This document shows, in pieces, positions 27,735 to 37,759 of a DNA stretch of 45,036 nt. Made by a program: the position numbers and the translations under genes. Source of the DNA: Candidatus Xenobia bacterium (lineage in GTDB: Bacteria; Vulcanimicrobiota; CADAWZ01); NCBI GenBank assembly GCA_031551355.1, contig JAVBNT010000018.1, positions 1-45,036 on the forward strand, given 5' to 3'. Positions within the stretch are counted from its first letter, which is position 1. Each line of letters starts with the position of its first letter. The notes below the pieces were generated by a model. The model was given only the letters and a program-made list of their open reading frames with translations, was not told where the DNA came from and did not search any database.

Positions 27735-29324
27735 CTATTTTTCAATATTTGGTGTATATGCAATTATTGCTTGAACAAATTTTCTTGCTTCCTCAAGCTT
27801 CGCTTCCTTGGCCAAATCATAATTTTCTAAAATATAATAGACCCATTCTTTCTTTTCCTTATTAACAGTCTTGTCAAAACACTCCATTTCTCCGACAGGA
27901 ACTATAAACAATCCCGTTGCTCGACAAACCGATTCCACAGATTCATAAGCCTTAGGAGCCTCACCCGTAAAACTTGCTTTACCAATTTTCTTGATGCCGT
28001 CCCAAGCGTTATTTGTATTATTGTTTGCATTTATAGTGTCATAAATAATTTTCATATTTGCTGACAATAATGAACCATAATCTTTGCCAAACGCTGTGAC
28101 AATTTCTTTAAATTTTCTACTATCATTAAGTACATCAAAATCAAATACTGCAACTACTGAAACATTTACAGCTTTTAGCGCCGATACAATACTATGAATA
28201 CGGTCTTTCCCTCCGCAATGTGTAAAGAGTATATCCGGGGCTATTTCTCCCCTGCTCTCAGACATTGCATCCATTATAGCCTGATAAAAAAGACAATCAT
28301 AATCACTCTCACAGACAACAACTTTATCATGAAACAATCCGCTTAAAATATTTGAATACCGTAAAATTGGACTACTCCATAATTTTTTTATATTTTCGCT
28401 TTTCAAAACGCTCATATGGTTTATTGACTCTTGCCGGTCAATACGGATTATCGTTACATTTTCATTCTCCGCATCAAGTAAACCCTGTAAAAAATCTTCG
28501 CTATGAGTGGAGATAAACAACTGTCGTTTACTGGGGTTATATTTCGCCAACAACTTTCCAAGAAGTCGAGCCTGCGGAGGATGTAAAAAAGCTTCAGGTT
28601 CATCAATAAGGGTTAATGAATGTTCTGATGTAAAATTATCCAATAGTACACTGGCAAAACTACGCATCCCATCACCTTGAGTATCAAGTTTAGGAAGCTG
28701 TGCTACTTTATTGTAAAAGACACCTTCATCATTCATTTTCAGCGTATCACGATCCGGAGGATTTCCCACATGTAACGACACTAATTGCCCTGCCCGTCTA
28801 TTAACAACAAGCTTTTCTCCAAACGCTTCAAAAAAGAAACGGGAAATCAAAGCTTCTTTTTCGTTATCTTCATAAACCGTATGTAACGAGTTGCGTACTT
28901 CATGTGGAGAAATGCCGAACAACGGCTTTGATTCAGAAACAGTAAGGCGCTCTTTTGTATCAAGTCTGCCTACAAAAAGTGCAGAAAGATTATACAAACT
29001 ACTGCTACTCCAATTACTCTGCCACTGTGATAGAGGGGCGCCGTTATTCCCAATCCAAATGTTGCCTTGCTCATCGCTTCTCCGATGAGCAAGAATAAAC
29101 TTATCGTCTAAATTACCAACACGGGTTATATTCAAGTTTTCAGCAATAATCGAAAGACTTTGGGGATTTTTTATCTGGTTCTCAATATCCCTTAACACCT
29201 GACTTTTTCCACTATTGTTTGCACCTGTAAAAACCACAATACTATTTTGGTCTAGCGATAGCTCCGTGCCATCATTAAATTTTATGCTACTTACAAATAC
29301 CCGTGGTTTCTGTTGCTCTGACAT
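27735..29324 (-). CDS. OLD-family (GajA-like) ABC-type ATPase fused to a TOPRIM-like nuclease domain. Putative defence endonuclease.
   Basis: P-loop VFTGANNSGKSQVL, Q/signature-like DGMRSFASVLL, Walker B plus D-loop LTLIDEPEAFLHP, H-loop ISTHSEDF. The C-terminal acidic motifs VVVCESDYD and VVAVFDFDVLND fit TOPRIM. The gene is visibly more AT-rich than its neighbours. Confidence 0.6.
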   Translation of the reverse strand: MSEQQKPRVFVSSIKFNDGTELSLDQNSIVVFTGANNSGKSQVLRDIENQIKNPQSLSIIAENLNITRVGNLDDKFILAHRRSDEQGNIWIGNNGAPLSQWQSNWSSSSLYNLSALFVGRLDTKERLTVSESKPLFGISPHEVRNSLHTVYEDNEKEALISRFFFEAFGEKLVVNRRAGQLVSLHVGNPPDRDTLKMNDEGVFYNKVAQLPKLDTQGDGMRSFASVLLDNFTSEHSLTLIDEPEAFLHPPQARLLGKLLAKYNPSKRQLFISTHSEDFLQGLLDAENENVTIIRIDRQESINHMSVLKSENIKKLWSSPILRYSNILSGLFHDKVVVCESDYDCLFYQAIMDAMSESRGEIAPDILFTHCGGKDRIHSIVSALKAVNVSVVAVFDFDVLNDSRKFKEIVTAFGKDYGSLLSANMKIIYDTINANNNTNNAWDGIKKIGKASFTGEAPKAYESVESVCRATGLFIVPVGEMECFDKTVNKEKKEWVYYILENYDLAKEAKLEEARKFVQAIIAYTPNIEK

Positions 29325-29744
29325 AAATAATTCTCCTATCTATCTTTCAAACAAGCATATTAAAACAAAACACCATACACTGAAATAGTAACATAAAAAA
29401 GTCTGTAATGATTCAATTACTATAAAACCTTGAAAATAATCATAAATTGCCATTACGCACTTGATGCGGAATCCAGGGGACTAATGCTTCATTCGACTTG
29501 AGTATCCAATACTCCAACAGCTAAAAGCCAAGATGGATTACCGCCGGAGTTTATCCTCGTGAAAATGGGGATCATAATGACAGATGTCTACTATCAGTTG
29601 CAGACTGATGAGCTTAATTGTGTGTTAAGGCGTAGTCTTAACTACCATGACTTTGGCGACGATAGTTCGCCGATTTTCGGTAGGGCAAACTGATGCGCTG
29701 AATTGTTTGCGAAGGCTATGGCAAATAGGATTTCGACAACTTTC

Positions 29745-29880
29745 CAAAATAAAAAAATCGATTCAAACAGGCGGAAATGTTAAGGCAAATTTAATTTCTA
29801 CGACTGAGGCGTAGTATACTACGTCGCAGGGAGAGAAATTGAATTTGACGACACAGGTTCGCCTGTTTCAATCGATTTCA
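29745..29880. repeat. Repeat family member with terminal inverted repeats aaatcgattcaaacaggcgg / cgcctgtttcaatcgattt and an internal 14-bp perfect palindrome cgtagtatactacg.
   Basis: Shares the gaaacaggcg-type termini and gaaattgaatttgacgac-type core with 27595-27727. On the minus strand it is followed by tttttttatttt, a terminator-like tract for the VOC gene. Confidence 0.5.
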
Positions 29881-29891
29881 GCGCATCAGGG

Positions 29892-30311
29892 CTATTTGCG
29901 GCTATTGTACTCCAAACTCCATGTCACACCGAACTTATCTCTGACAATGCCGGCACACTCGCTCCAGAACGTTTTCTGCAGTTCAACGATACATTTGCCG
30001 GCTTTGGCAAATGCGGAAAAAATCTTTTTAATCCTGTCCATACTGCTGATACTGAGGGCAAGCGTGACATTATCACCGGTTACGCGCGGTTCAATACCGG
30101 GAGGATTGTCGGAAAGCATAATGCTTTCACCGCTGACATCAAGGATCGCATGAAAAATAAGGTTTTTCAGATCGTCCGGCAATGGAAAAGCCGCTTCCGG
30201 GGTCTTGGCAAAAGTCTGCAAAAAAGAAACCTTCGCGTCCAGAACTTCTTCATAATAGGTAATGGCTTCCCGGCAATTTCCGTTAAAAACCAAATAAGGT
30301 GTAATTTTCAT
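29892..30311 (-). CDS. VOC/glyoxalase-fold protein of the PhnB/YjdN type.
   Basis: N-terminus MKITPYLVFNGNCREAITYYEEVL is typical of the PhnB-like family. Start taken at the MKITPYL Met. Confidence 0.6.
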   Translation of the reverse strand: MKITPYLVFNGNCREAITYYEEVLDAKVSFLQTFAKTPEAAFPLPDDLKNLIFHAILDVSGESIMLSDNPPGIEPRVTGDNVTLALSISSMDRIKKIFSAFAKAGKCIVELQKTFWSECAGIVRDKFGVTWSLEYNSRK

Positions 30312-30341
30312 AATGAAACTCCTGTTCAAAAGTAATTATCT

Positions 30342-31016
30342 CTAATAGCCAAGCTCTTCGCCAACGATAATGACCTTGATCCTGTTCTTATGCCTCTGAA
30401 ACGCTGATACTACATAATTACAGCAGATTCTGGCTTCGGTGCGGCAGCCTTCACACATTTTTGCAGCTCCGCCGTAATTTACCATACACTGACCGGAATG
30501 CAAACAATAAGTTTCGCTGCCCAGACGCGCCGCATTTACGGGCGCGGCAACACTTTTAACCCGGCACACGGCCTCGTCCAGGTCCTTAACTATTTTGTTA
30601 TAACCGGCAACAATGATTACATTTTTAGGACCGTAGACAATCGCCGCCACTCTGTTGCTGTTGCCGTCGACATTATAAAGCTCGCCGCTTTCTGTGATCG
30701 CGTTGGAACTGCATATATATGCATTGGCACTAAATGATTTTATAAATATCTCATGCAATCCGTCCATACTCAAACCATCGGCATAACGGTCGAGAAAATT
30801 ATACTTTCCGCCGCGCAGAAGATCTATGACTCCCGATTCAAAAAGAGACTGGGCTCCGCCAACGCCGACCGTATCGCCATCATTAAGTAATTCGGCGACT
30901 TTTGCCGGAATTTCAGAAATCGTTTCCACAAAAAACGGCTGCATATTGTTTCTGCTCAAATTTTCCATAGTCTTGGCTATGCGTTTTTTTATTACATTCT
31001 TTTTATTCAAGTCCAT
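30342..31016 (-). CDS. LUD-domain protein (LutC/YkgG family) with a C-terminal Cys-rich tail.
   Basis: GVGGAQSLFESGV...ICSSNAITESGELY...VIIVAGYNKIV. The tail carries CxxC-like cysteines (CEGC...CC). Confidence 0.5.
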   Translation of the reverse strand: MDLNKKNVIKKRIAKTMENLSRNNMQPFFVETISEIPAKVAELLNDGDTVGVGGAQSLFESGVIDLLRGGKYNFLDRYADGLSMDGLHEIFIKSFSANAYICSSNAITESGELYNVDGNSNRVAAIVYGPKNVIIVAGYNKIVKDLDEAVCRVKSVAAPVNAARLGSETYCLHSGQCMVNYGGAAKMCEGCRTEARICCNYVVSAFQRHKNRIKVIIVGEELGY

Positions 31017-31034
31017 AAAACAAAACCTCCGCAG

Positions 31035-31661
31035 TTATAAAATAAAGGATGCCGACGGGCAAATATCACTCAGGAAACATTCGCCGCATTTTGGTTTTCT
31101 GGCCTGACACAGAGCCCTGCCATGCAAAATCAGCCGATGGGAAAAATCAATCCACTCGCTCTTGGGCACCAATGTCATAAGATCCTGTTCAACTTTTTCA
31201 GGCTTATCCGATTTCGTCAGCCCCATGCGTTTTGAAAGCCTAAGAACATGCGTATCAACAACAACGCCATCGGCAATGCCAAAAACATTTCCTAAAACAA
31301 CATTTGCCGTTTTTCTGGCAACTCCTTTCAAAGTCAGCAATGACGCCATATCCGAGGGAACCTCGCCGTTAAAAACTCTATCGATTCTTTCGGCACTTTC
31401 TCTTATTGATTTTGCCTTATTATGGTAGAAACCCGTGCTCTGGATATCTTTTTCCAGCTCCTCAACCGGCGTTGTGTAATAGTCGGACAATTTTGTATAT
31501 TTTTTAAATAGATCAGCCGTAACTTTGTTTACGCGCTCATCGGTACACTGGGCGGAAAGAATGGTGGCAAACAGCAATTCCGCGGCCGAACTATAATTTA
31601 AAGCACATCTCGGCTCCACATAATGCTCGGACAATCTTTTCAAAAGCAAATTTATATCCAT
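31035..31661 (-). CDS. nth: Endonuclease III (DNA glycosylase / AP lyase).
   Basis: HhH-GPD fold motifs LTLKGVARKTANVVL and a 4Fe-4S ligand pattern CQARKPKCGECFLSDIC. Confidence 0.85.
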   Translation of the reverse strand: MDINLLLKRLSEHYVEPRCALNYSSAAELLFATILSAQCTDERVNKVTADLFKKYTKLSDYYTTPVEELEKDIQSTGFYHNKAKSIRESAERIDRVFNGEVPSDMASLLTLKGVARKTANVVLGNVFGIADGVVVDTHVLRLSKRMGLTKSDKPEKVEQDLMTLVPKSEWIDFSHRLILHGRALCQARKPKCGECFLSDICPSASFIL

Positions 31662-32444
31662 CTAATCACACCCCTTTTCAGGCAACGTATCTCCCCATAT
31701 TTGGGAACTCATATAGCAGGCATGCCTCGCAACACCCAGAAGAAGATTCACTTCATATTTTGAAAGCGATGACCTTGACAATATTTCCATCAGTCTGGCA
31801 GACGTATTGGCAGATTTTTTCCGTTCAGGAAACCTTATTCTCCGGAATGTATCAGACAGCACACGCGACAAAATAGAATGTTCTTCTTCGGTCGCCATTT
31901 CCGTTTCACCTTCCGCAGCCCCGACAAAAGCCTCCAATGAGCTGCGCAGCTCGTAAGCGACTACCATAACCGCCTGGGAAAGATTAAGCGAACCGAAGTT
32001 TTCATTTACCGGGATATAGACCAGATACTGGCATTCTTTCAGGTGAGCCATAGATAAACCGTAATCCTCCGGCCCGAACAGCACGGCAATCCTCGCCTTC
32101 CGGTGTTTGGTAACGACATCACAGGCAAACTCTTTCGGCGTAATAAAATTATGGCGTTTTTTGCCGGAACGCTTTGTCGTTCCGACAACAAGGGAGTATC
32201 CGCTTAACGCCTCCCGGAGGTCGTAAAAGATTCTTGCTTTTTCAAGGATTTCTTCCGAACCGACGGCGAGGTTTAGCGATACACGGTCTATCTGGCATCT
32301 GGGCTCAACCAGTACCAAATCCGCAAGTCCCATACAGTTCATTGCTCTGGCGACGGAACCTACATTTGACGAACGTTTCGGCTGGACGAGAACTATTGAA
32401 ATATTTCTTGCAATGTCTGCAAACATAGACAAAAATCTCCACAA
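31662..32444 (-). CDS. SPOUT (TrmH/SpoU) family RNA 2'-O-methyltransferase, TrmJ-like.
   Basis: N-terminal SPOUT motifs IVLVQPKRSSNVGSVARAMNCMG and GPEDYGL. The likely start is the Met at 32426. Confidence 0.65.
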   Translation of the reverse strand: MWRFLSMFADIARNISIVLVQPKRSSNVGSVARAMNCMGLADLVLVEPRCQIDRVSLNLAVGSEEILEKARIFYDLREALSGYSLVVGTTKRSGKKRHNFITPKEFACDVVTKHRKARIAVLFGPEDYGLSMAHLKECQYLVYIPVNENFGSLNLSQAVMVVAYELRSSLEAFVGAAEGETEMATEEEHSILSRVLSDTFRRIRFPERKKSANTSARLMEILSRSSLSKYEVNLLLGVARHACYMSSQIWGDTLPEKGCD

Positions 32445-32605
32445 CGCAATCGTTTAATAAACACACAAAGAATATATCCAAAAGGCTGAAAACAGAGGAT
32501 TAGAACAGTATAACATAGAATCATTTTAAAAACAAAATTATCAGAACATAAAGCATACAATCAGGCAACAGACGATATAAAAAATCCCTTTTTCAGAGAC
32601 AGGTT

Positions 32606-34435
32606 ATGATCACAAAATCACAAAAACTTAAGTTCGCACTTCCGTTTGTAATGCTCAGCATTGTTACATTTGTGTTGGCGACATCGCTCGTGGCCCTTGA
32701 TCTGCACCCTGTTCAGACCTACACAAAAATCATCGTCGCATTTCTGGCCTCAATCGTTTTTGCCCTGATAACGGCATTTTGGCTGCACAATGATTTGCGG
32801 CAATGGTTTTACGCCAGTAAAACACAGGCCGGCAAAGATGACAAGGAAAATGAATCAATCGAATCGGGCCGCGAAGAAATAGCTTATCTGGCAAAAGTTT
32901 ATGAAGAAATGACCGATGAACTTAAAAACCAGAAAGCACAGACAGAAAAGCAAAAACGCATGCTTGAGGAAGCCAGAACAAGAGTCGAGGTTATTCTCAG
33001 CTCTGTTCCCGACGGAGTTGTTACCATCAATGAGGACGGGAAAATATACTCCTGGAATGCCGGAGCTGAGGCGGTAACGCTTTACAACGATCTCAACACC
33101 ATTGGCGGGCAGTATTACAAAACATTAATCTTTACCGACAAAAAAGGCAATGTCATACCGAAGGAAGATACGCCGGTCGAAGAGTGTTTTACATCGAAAA
33201 GAACTATTGACAGGGGCGATTTATTTCTCAGATCCAGATTGGACAAGGACGTTCCCATCGACATAAAAGTGGCGCCGATGTTTGATATTTACGGCAATAT
33301 CATTGCCGTCATCGCCTCTTTCAGGGACGTTTCCAAAAAAAGGGAAATCGAACAGATGAAAGAGGACTTTCTGGCGATGGTAACCCATGACCTCAAAAGT
33401 CCCCTTGCCGCCGTTGTCGGATACACCAATTTGCTTTTACATCCGAGAGCAAACTTTTCAAAAGAAGAACAGCAGGAGTTTCTTAACTCAATCCTCGGCA
33501 GCGTAAAAATACTGCAGTTTCTGATCGACAATATACTCGAAAGTGCAAGGCTGGAATCGGGGCGCATTATCTATCAATTTGAAGATTTTGAGTTAAAAAC
33601 TCTGATGCGTGAAATACAGGTGATGTTCACTCCCCTTGTCGACAGTAAAAAGATAAATTTTGTCGTTGAAGGCGAGCAAATGTGGATCAACGGCGACCGC
33701 GAAAAACTCAGGGAGGTTATCAACAATCTTGTAAGCAACGCCATAAAATTCACACCCGAAAAGGGTACAATCACGATCAATTACAAAAAGACCGACGAGT
33801 GTGCCATAGTCAGCATTTCCGATACCGGCAAAGGCATACATGAAGATGAAATCGGCAAACTTTTCAACAAGTTTGTTCAGGTCAAAGGAGAAAAACGAGG
33901 CACGGGACTCGGACTTTATATCGTTAAAAAACTGCTTGAGGATCACGGGCAGTATATAACCGTCGACAGCGTTTTCGGCAAAGGCACAACATTTACGTTT
34001 ACGTTGGGCTATGGAACGCCGAAAGAAGATCTTAAGAGTAAGCCTGACAGCGACAGGCAGTATAAAGTACTCATCGTTGAAGACATACCGGAAGTTTCCA
34101 ACCTGCTGAGATATCTGCTCCGCGAAGCAGGATATATTACAGTGCAGGCCTTTAACGGCAAAGACGCGATCAGGCTGATTGAAAAAGAAAAACCCGATTT
34201 GATCACACTCGACTTTAATCTGCCGGATATGACCGGCAGGGAAATTATCGAAAAATCAAATGCGCGTAACGCAAAGGAGCCGATCCCGGTCCTGTTGATT
34301 ACAGCCAATTCGCCTTCAGACAGCGATTTTTATGACAGGATGCTTGGCAAACCGGTCGATGAAAAACGCTTTATTACCGAAGTTGCCGGACTGCTCAATA
34401 AAACGGCAATTGATTCAGTGGAAGTTCTCAAATGA
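32606..34435 (+). CDS. Hybrid sensor histidine kinase: TM, coiled coil, PAS, HisKA, HATPase_c and receiver.
   Basis: H-box THDLKSPLAAVVGY, G-box GTGLGLYIVKKL, receiver VLIVEDIPEVSNLL...DLITLDFNLPDMTGREI. Confidence 0.85.
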   Translation: MITKSQKLKFALPFVMLSIVTFVLATSLVALDLHPVQTYTKIIVAFLASIVFALITAFWLHNDLRQWFYASKTQAGKDDKENESIESGREEIAYLAKVYEEMTDELKNQKAQTEKQKRMLEEARTRVEVILSSVPDGVVTINEDGKIYSWNAGAEAVTLYNDLNTIGGQYYKTLIFTDKKGNVIPKEDTPVEECFTSKRTIDRGDLFLRSRLDKDVPIDIKVAPMFDIYGNIIAVIASFRDVSKKREIEQMKEDFLAMVTHDLKSPLAAVVGYTNLLLHPRANFSKEEQQEFLNSILGSVKILQFLIDNILESARLESGRIIYQFEDFELKTLMREIQVMFTPLVDSKKINFVVEGEQMWINGDREKLREVINNLVSNAIKFTPEKGTITINYKKTDECAIVSISDTGKGIHEDEIGKLFNKFVQVKGEKRGTGLGLYIVKKLLEDHGQYITVDSVFGKGTTFTFTLGYGTPKEDLKSKPDSDRQYKVLIVEDIPEVSNLLRYLLREAGYITVQAFNGKDAIRLIEKEKPDLITLDFNLPDMTGREIIEKSNARNAKEPIPVLLITANSPSDSDFYDRMLGKPVDEKRFITEVAGLLNKTAIDSVEVLK

Positions 34436-35412
34436 TAAAACTTTTAGAGGGAAGCAAATTCAGGCTCGTCGCCTGGGGCGGGCTTTTTACGGCTATAGTT
34501 GTAATTATGGCGGTCATAGGCACGGCAATGTCTTTTATAGATATTCTGCTGTATCTTGCCGTTACGCCGATAATAATTGCCGTTATGCAGGGAGGGCTGA
34601 TCTTCGGCCTTCAGGTCTCGCTGGCGTCAGCTATACTCATAAGCTCCATCCTCGGCTTCTTTCCGGCCGGCGCATATTTTGTAATCGCGACTGCTCCGGT
34701 GGGCCTGGTGCTTGGGGAAATGTTTCGGAGGAAAAGCTCGATTGTAACCGTTATTATCATCCTGTCAATAACAATATCCGTATGTATGGTCGGAACCACA
34801 TATATTGCCAGCCGCGCTATGGGAAGAACTTTCAACGAAGATCTGCGGCTGTCGGCAAAATCATCAGCACAGTTACTTGAAGATGTTGTAAATGAATATC
34901 CGGAAACGAAAAAATTGCTCCAGAAGCCATTGCCCGAACAAGAAGTCATCGTGGAAATCCTGGTAAAAACTTTTTATATGACAATACCGGCAATGTTGCT
35001 TGTTGTAGGGTTGGCATATGCTTTTTACCTGTGGTTTTTCAATGCCTGGCTCCTCAACAGGTTAAAACTTACCGATAAAAGCTTCAGCTTTGATATGCAG
35101 GAGCTGTTCCTCTATCCGCCATGGTTCGGATATATATTAGCCGCATCACTGCTGGTACTGCCCGTTTCTAATGCCACAAATAACGAAGCCCTGTCGGGAA
35201 CGGCAATGAATGTTTTCCTCATTTTCAGCTTTCTATTTTTCATCAAAGGCCTTTTTATGCTGAGGGGACTGTTGTTTATCTTTATCAGAAGCTTCCCCAT
35301 GAGACTGCTGGCCGGCCTCTTGCTAATGACCTTAGGAGCTCCTTTCGTGGCCCTAATGGGATTCATTTTCTGCATAACGCAAAGAGATATACAAATCAGA
35401 TACCGCACATAA
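34432..35412 (+). CDS. Polytopic membrane protein, possibly YybS/DUF2232-like.
   Basis: At least 8 hydrophobic helices. The start overlaps the HK stop (ATGA). Confidence 0.4.
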   Translation: MIKLLEGSKFRLVAWGGLFTAIVVIMAVIGTAMSFIDILLYLAVTPIIIAVMQGGLIFGLQVSLASAILISSILGFFPAGAYFVIATAPVGLVLGEMFRRKSSIVTVIIILSITISVCMVGTTYIASRAMGRTFNEDLRLSAKSSAQLLEDVVNEYPETKKLLQKPLPEQEVIVEILVKTFYMTIPAMLLVVGLAYAFYLWFFNAWLLNRLKLTDKSFSFDMQELFLYPPWFGYILAASLLVLPVSNATNNEALSGTAMNVFLIFSFLFFIKGLFMLRGLLFIFIRSFPMRLLAGLLLMTLGAPFVALMGFIFCITQRDIQIRYRT

Positions 35413-35466
35413 TATTTCTCATACATTTTTTATCTTTCAATAATTTTTTAGGATAAGGAGTTTGTC

Positions 35467-36798
35467 ATGTTTGAAACAGAAAGTATAAGCCTGCTTCTCA
35501 AAGCCGTCGAAAAAATGAGCCTCGGTTTTAAAGACCTTCCCGACTTCAACAATCCAGCCGACCTCGAAGCCATAGAAAAAGCGTTGATGCAGACAGCGGA
35601 AAAAATGCAGGACAATTACCCTTATTTTCACCCGCTCTACGCCGGACAAATGCTCAAACCTCCCCACCCTCTTGCCAGACTGGCTTATATGCTTTCATTA
35701 TGGATAAATCCCAACAACCATGCGATCGACGGCGGACGTGCAAGTTCGGCAATGGAAAAAGAAGCTATAAAAGAGATAAGCAAAATGTTTGGCTTTAAAA
35801 CACACCTGGGACATTTATGTTCCGGCGGAACTGTTGCCAATCTGGAAGCACTCTGGGTTGCAAATTCCATTCATAAAGGAAAAAAAATCGCTGCATCATC
35901 ACAGTCACACTATACACACGGAAGAATGTCGGCAGTTATCGGCGCCGAATTTGAAACGATTGCCGTAGATGCAAAAGGAAAAATGGATATGGCGGCACTT
36001 GAAAAAGCGCTGCAGACAGGAGCAATAGGGACCGTTGTGGCAACACTGGGAACAACAGGTGCCGGCATACTTGATCCTCTCGATAAAATATTGGCTTTAA
36101 AGGAAAAATACAATTTCCGCATCCACCTTGATGCGGCATACGGAGGATATTTCGTGCTGGCCGGCAATCTGCCGGAAGAATCAAAACGTATTTTCAGTTC
36201 GATACCGCAGGCCGACTCCATCGTTGTCGATCCGCACAAACACGGCCTCCAGCCATATGGATGCGGATGCATCATTTTCAAAGATCCCGATGTCGGCAAA
36301 TTCTACAAACACGACTCGCCATACACATACTTCAGTTCCGAAGAAATGCATCTCGGAGAAATAACGCTTGAATGTTCACGTGCCGGCGCAACGGCAGTAG
36401 CCCTTTGGACGACAATGCAAATGCTGCCGCCGGTAAAAAGCGGACTGTTTGCCAAAGACCTGGAAAAATGCCGGGATGCGGCAATAAAATTCTTTTTATT
36501 TTTAAAGGAATCAGCAAATTTTACACCCGTTTTCGAGCCGGAACTTGATATCGCCGTATTTGCCCCCAAGGGAAAGACGTTCAGTGAAATATCGGCACTC
36601 TCAAGGAAAAAATTTGCCGGTTGTGCGGAAAAGAATCTGCACATTGCACTTTTTGAAGTGCCTGCGGAAATAGCTGAATATTACCTGAAAGACGCTGTTA
36701 AAGATTCAGAAACCGTAACCTGTCTCAGATGCTGTTTTATGAAACCGGAACACCTCGACTGGCTCGAAAAAATAACGGCAATACTTGAATCCGTTTAA
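35467..36798 (+). CDS. Pyridoxal-phosphate-dependent decarboxylase, group II (MfnA / aspartate or tyrosine decarboxylase-like).
   Basis: CSGGTVANLEALWVA and the PLP-lysine motif SIVVDPHKHGLQPYGCGCIIFKD. Confidence 0.7.
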   Translation: MFETESISLLLKAVEKMSLGFKDLPDFNNPADLEAIEKALMQTAEKMQDNYPYFHPLYAGQMLKPPHPLARLAYMLSLWINPNNHAIDGGRASSAMEKEAIKEISKMFGFKTHLGHLCSGGTVANLEALWVANSIHKGKKIAASSQSHYTHGRMSAVIGAEFETIAVDAKGKMDMAALEKALQTGAIGTVVATLGTTGAGILDPLDKILALKEKYNFRIHLDAAYGGYFVLAGNLPEESKRIFSSIPQADSIVVDPHKHGLQPYGCGCIIFKDPDVGKFYKHDSPYTYFSSEEMHLGEITLECSRAGATAVALWTTMQMLPPVKSGLFAKDLEKCRDAAIKFFLFLKESANFTPVFEPELDIAVFAPKGKTFSEISALSRKKFAGCAEKNLHIALFEVPAEIAEYYLKDAVKDSETVTCLRCCFMKPEHLDWLEKITAILESV

Positions 36799-37657
36799 AA
36801 AAATAATCGCTAAAAACGAAAAAATAATCGCTAAAAACAATATTGAAATCTTTACCGAATGTTTTGGAAAAAGCTCTGACCCTGCTTTACTGCTAATGAT
36901 GGGAGCCGGGGCTTCAATGATCTGGTGGGATGAACTTTTCTGCGAAAAACTGGCATCCGAAGGGCTATTTGTGATTAGATACGACAACCGGGACACGGGA
37001 AAGTCAAGCATCTGGCCACCGGGTAAACCTGCTTATTCAGTGACCGATATGGCTGCTGATGTGATCAATATCCTTGACGGTTACAGTATCGCCAAAGCCC
37101 ATCTTGCCGGAATGTCATTGGGGGGTATGCTGGCACAGATTGTCGCCGTATCACATCCGGAAAGAGTTGACGGTATAATATTGCTCTCATCAGGACTCTG
37201 GGATGACCTGCCGGAACTTGGTGAGGTTGATACAAAAATTATTGAATATCATTCCTCCGCGGCATCACTTGATTGGACAAATGAAAACGAAACCATAAAA
37301 TATATGGCAGACGGATGGAAACTGCTGAACGGTTCCAGACATACTTTTGATAAGGATCAGGCTATTAACCTGGCAAGAACAGAATACAGAAGAGCAAAAA
37401 GCCTGCAAAGTATGTTTAACCACTCACTGATAAAAGGCGGAGAAAATTTATACGGCAAATCAAAAGATATCAATACTCCCTGCCTTATCATCCATGGAAC
37501 GGAAGATACCGTTCTGCCTTTTGCGCATGCGCTTGCCATCAATAAAACCATCCACAATTCCGAACTATTCCCGCTCGAAGGTGCGGGTCATGAAATTCAC
37601 CGTATGGATTGGGAAATTATCATCGAAAAAATATCTCAAAAAATAAAATCATCGTGA
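36785..37657 (+). CDS. Alpha/beta-hydrolase fold protein.
   Basis: Oxyanion-hole region LLLMMGAGAS, nucleophile elbow GMSLGGMLA and a C-terminal His in HGTED...GAGHE. Confidence 0.75.
   Translation: MNPFKKIIAKNEKIIAKNNIEIFTECFGKSSDPALLLMMGAGASMIWWDELFCEKLASEGLFVIRYDNRDTGKSSIWPPGKPAYSVTDMAADVINILDGYSIAKAHLAGMSLGGMLAQIVAVSHPERVDGIILLSSGLWDDLPELGEVDTKIIEYHSSAASLDWTNENETIKYMADGWKLLNGSRHTFDKDQAINLARTEYRRAKSLQSMFNHSLIKGGENLYGKSKDINTPCLIIHGTEDTVLPFAHALAINKTIHNSELFPLEGAGHEIHRMDWEIIIEKISQKIKSS
36787..36830 (+). repeat. Tandem direct duplication of ~21 bp (aaaaataatcgctaaaaac, twice) at the 5' end of the hydrolase gene.
   Basis: Encodes KKIIAKNE-KIIAKNN. Confidence 0.5.
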
Positions 37658-37759
37658 TTATAAAAACGCCAACTTGCAACAAAGAATAAATTAACGTATA
37701 ACCACAGATAATACCGATACTCCTTTTCTATCATTAAAACAATAAAATAAAAAAGCCTA

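Noticed and set aside
29325-29744. Possible partner gene such as a GajB-like helicase next to the OLD-like nuclease.
   Set aside because: No ORF over 60 aa with coding-like composition in the 567-bp upstream region. The next gene is an unrelated 145-aa VOC protein.
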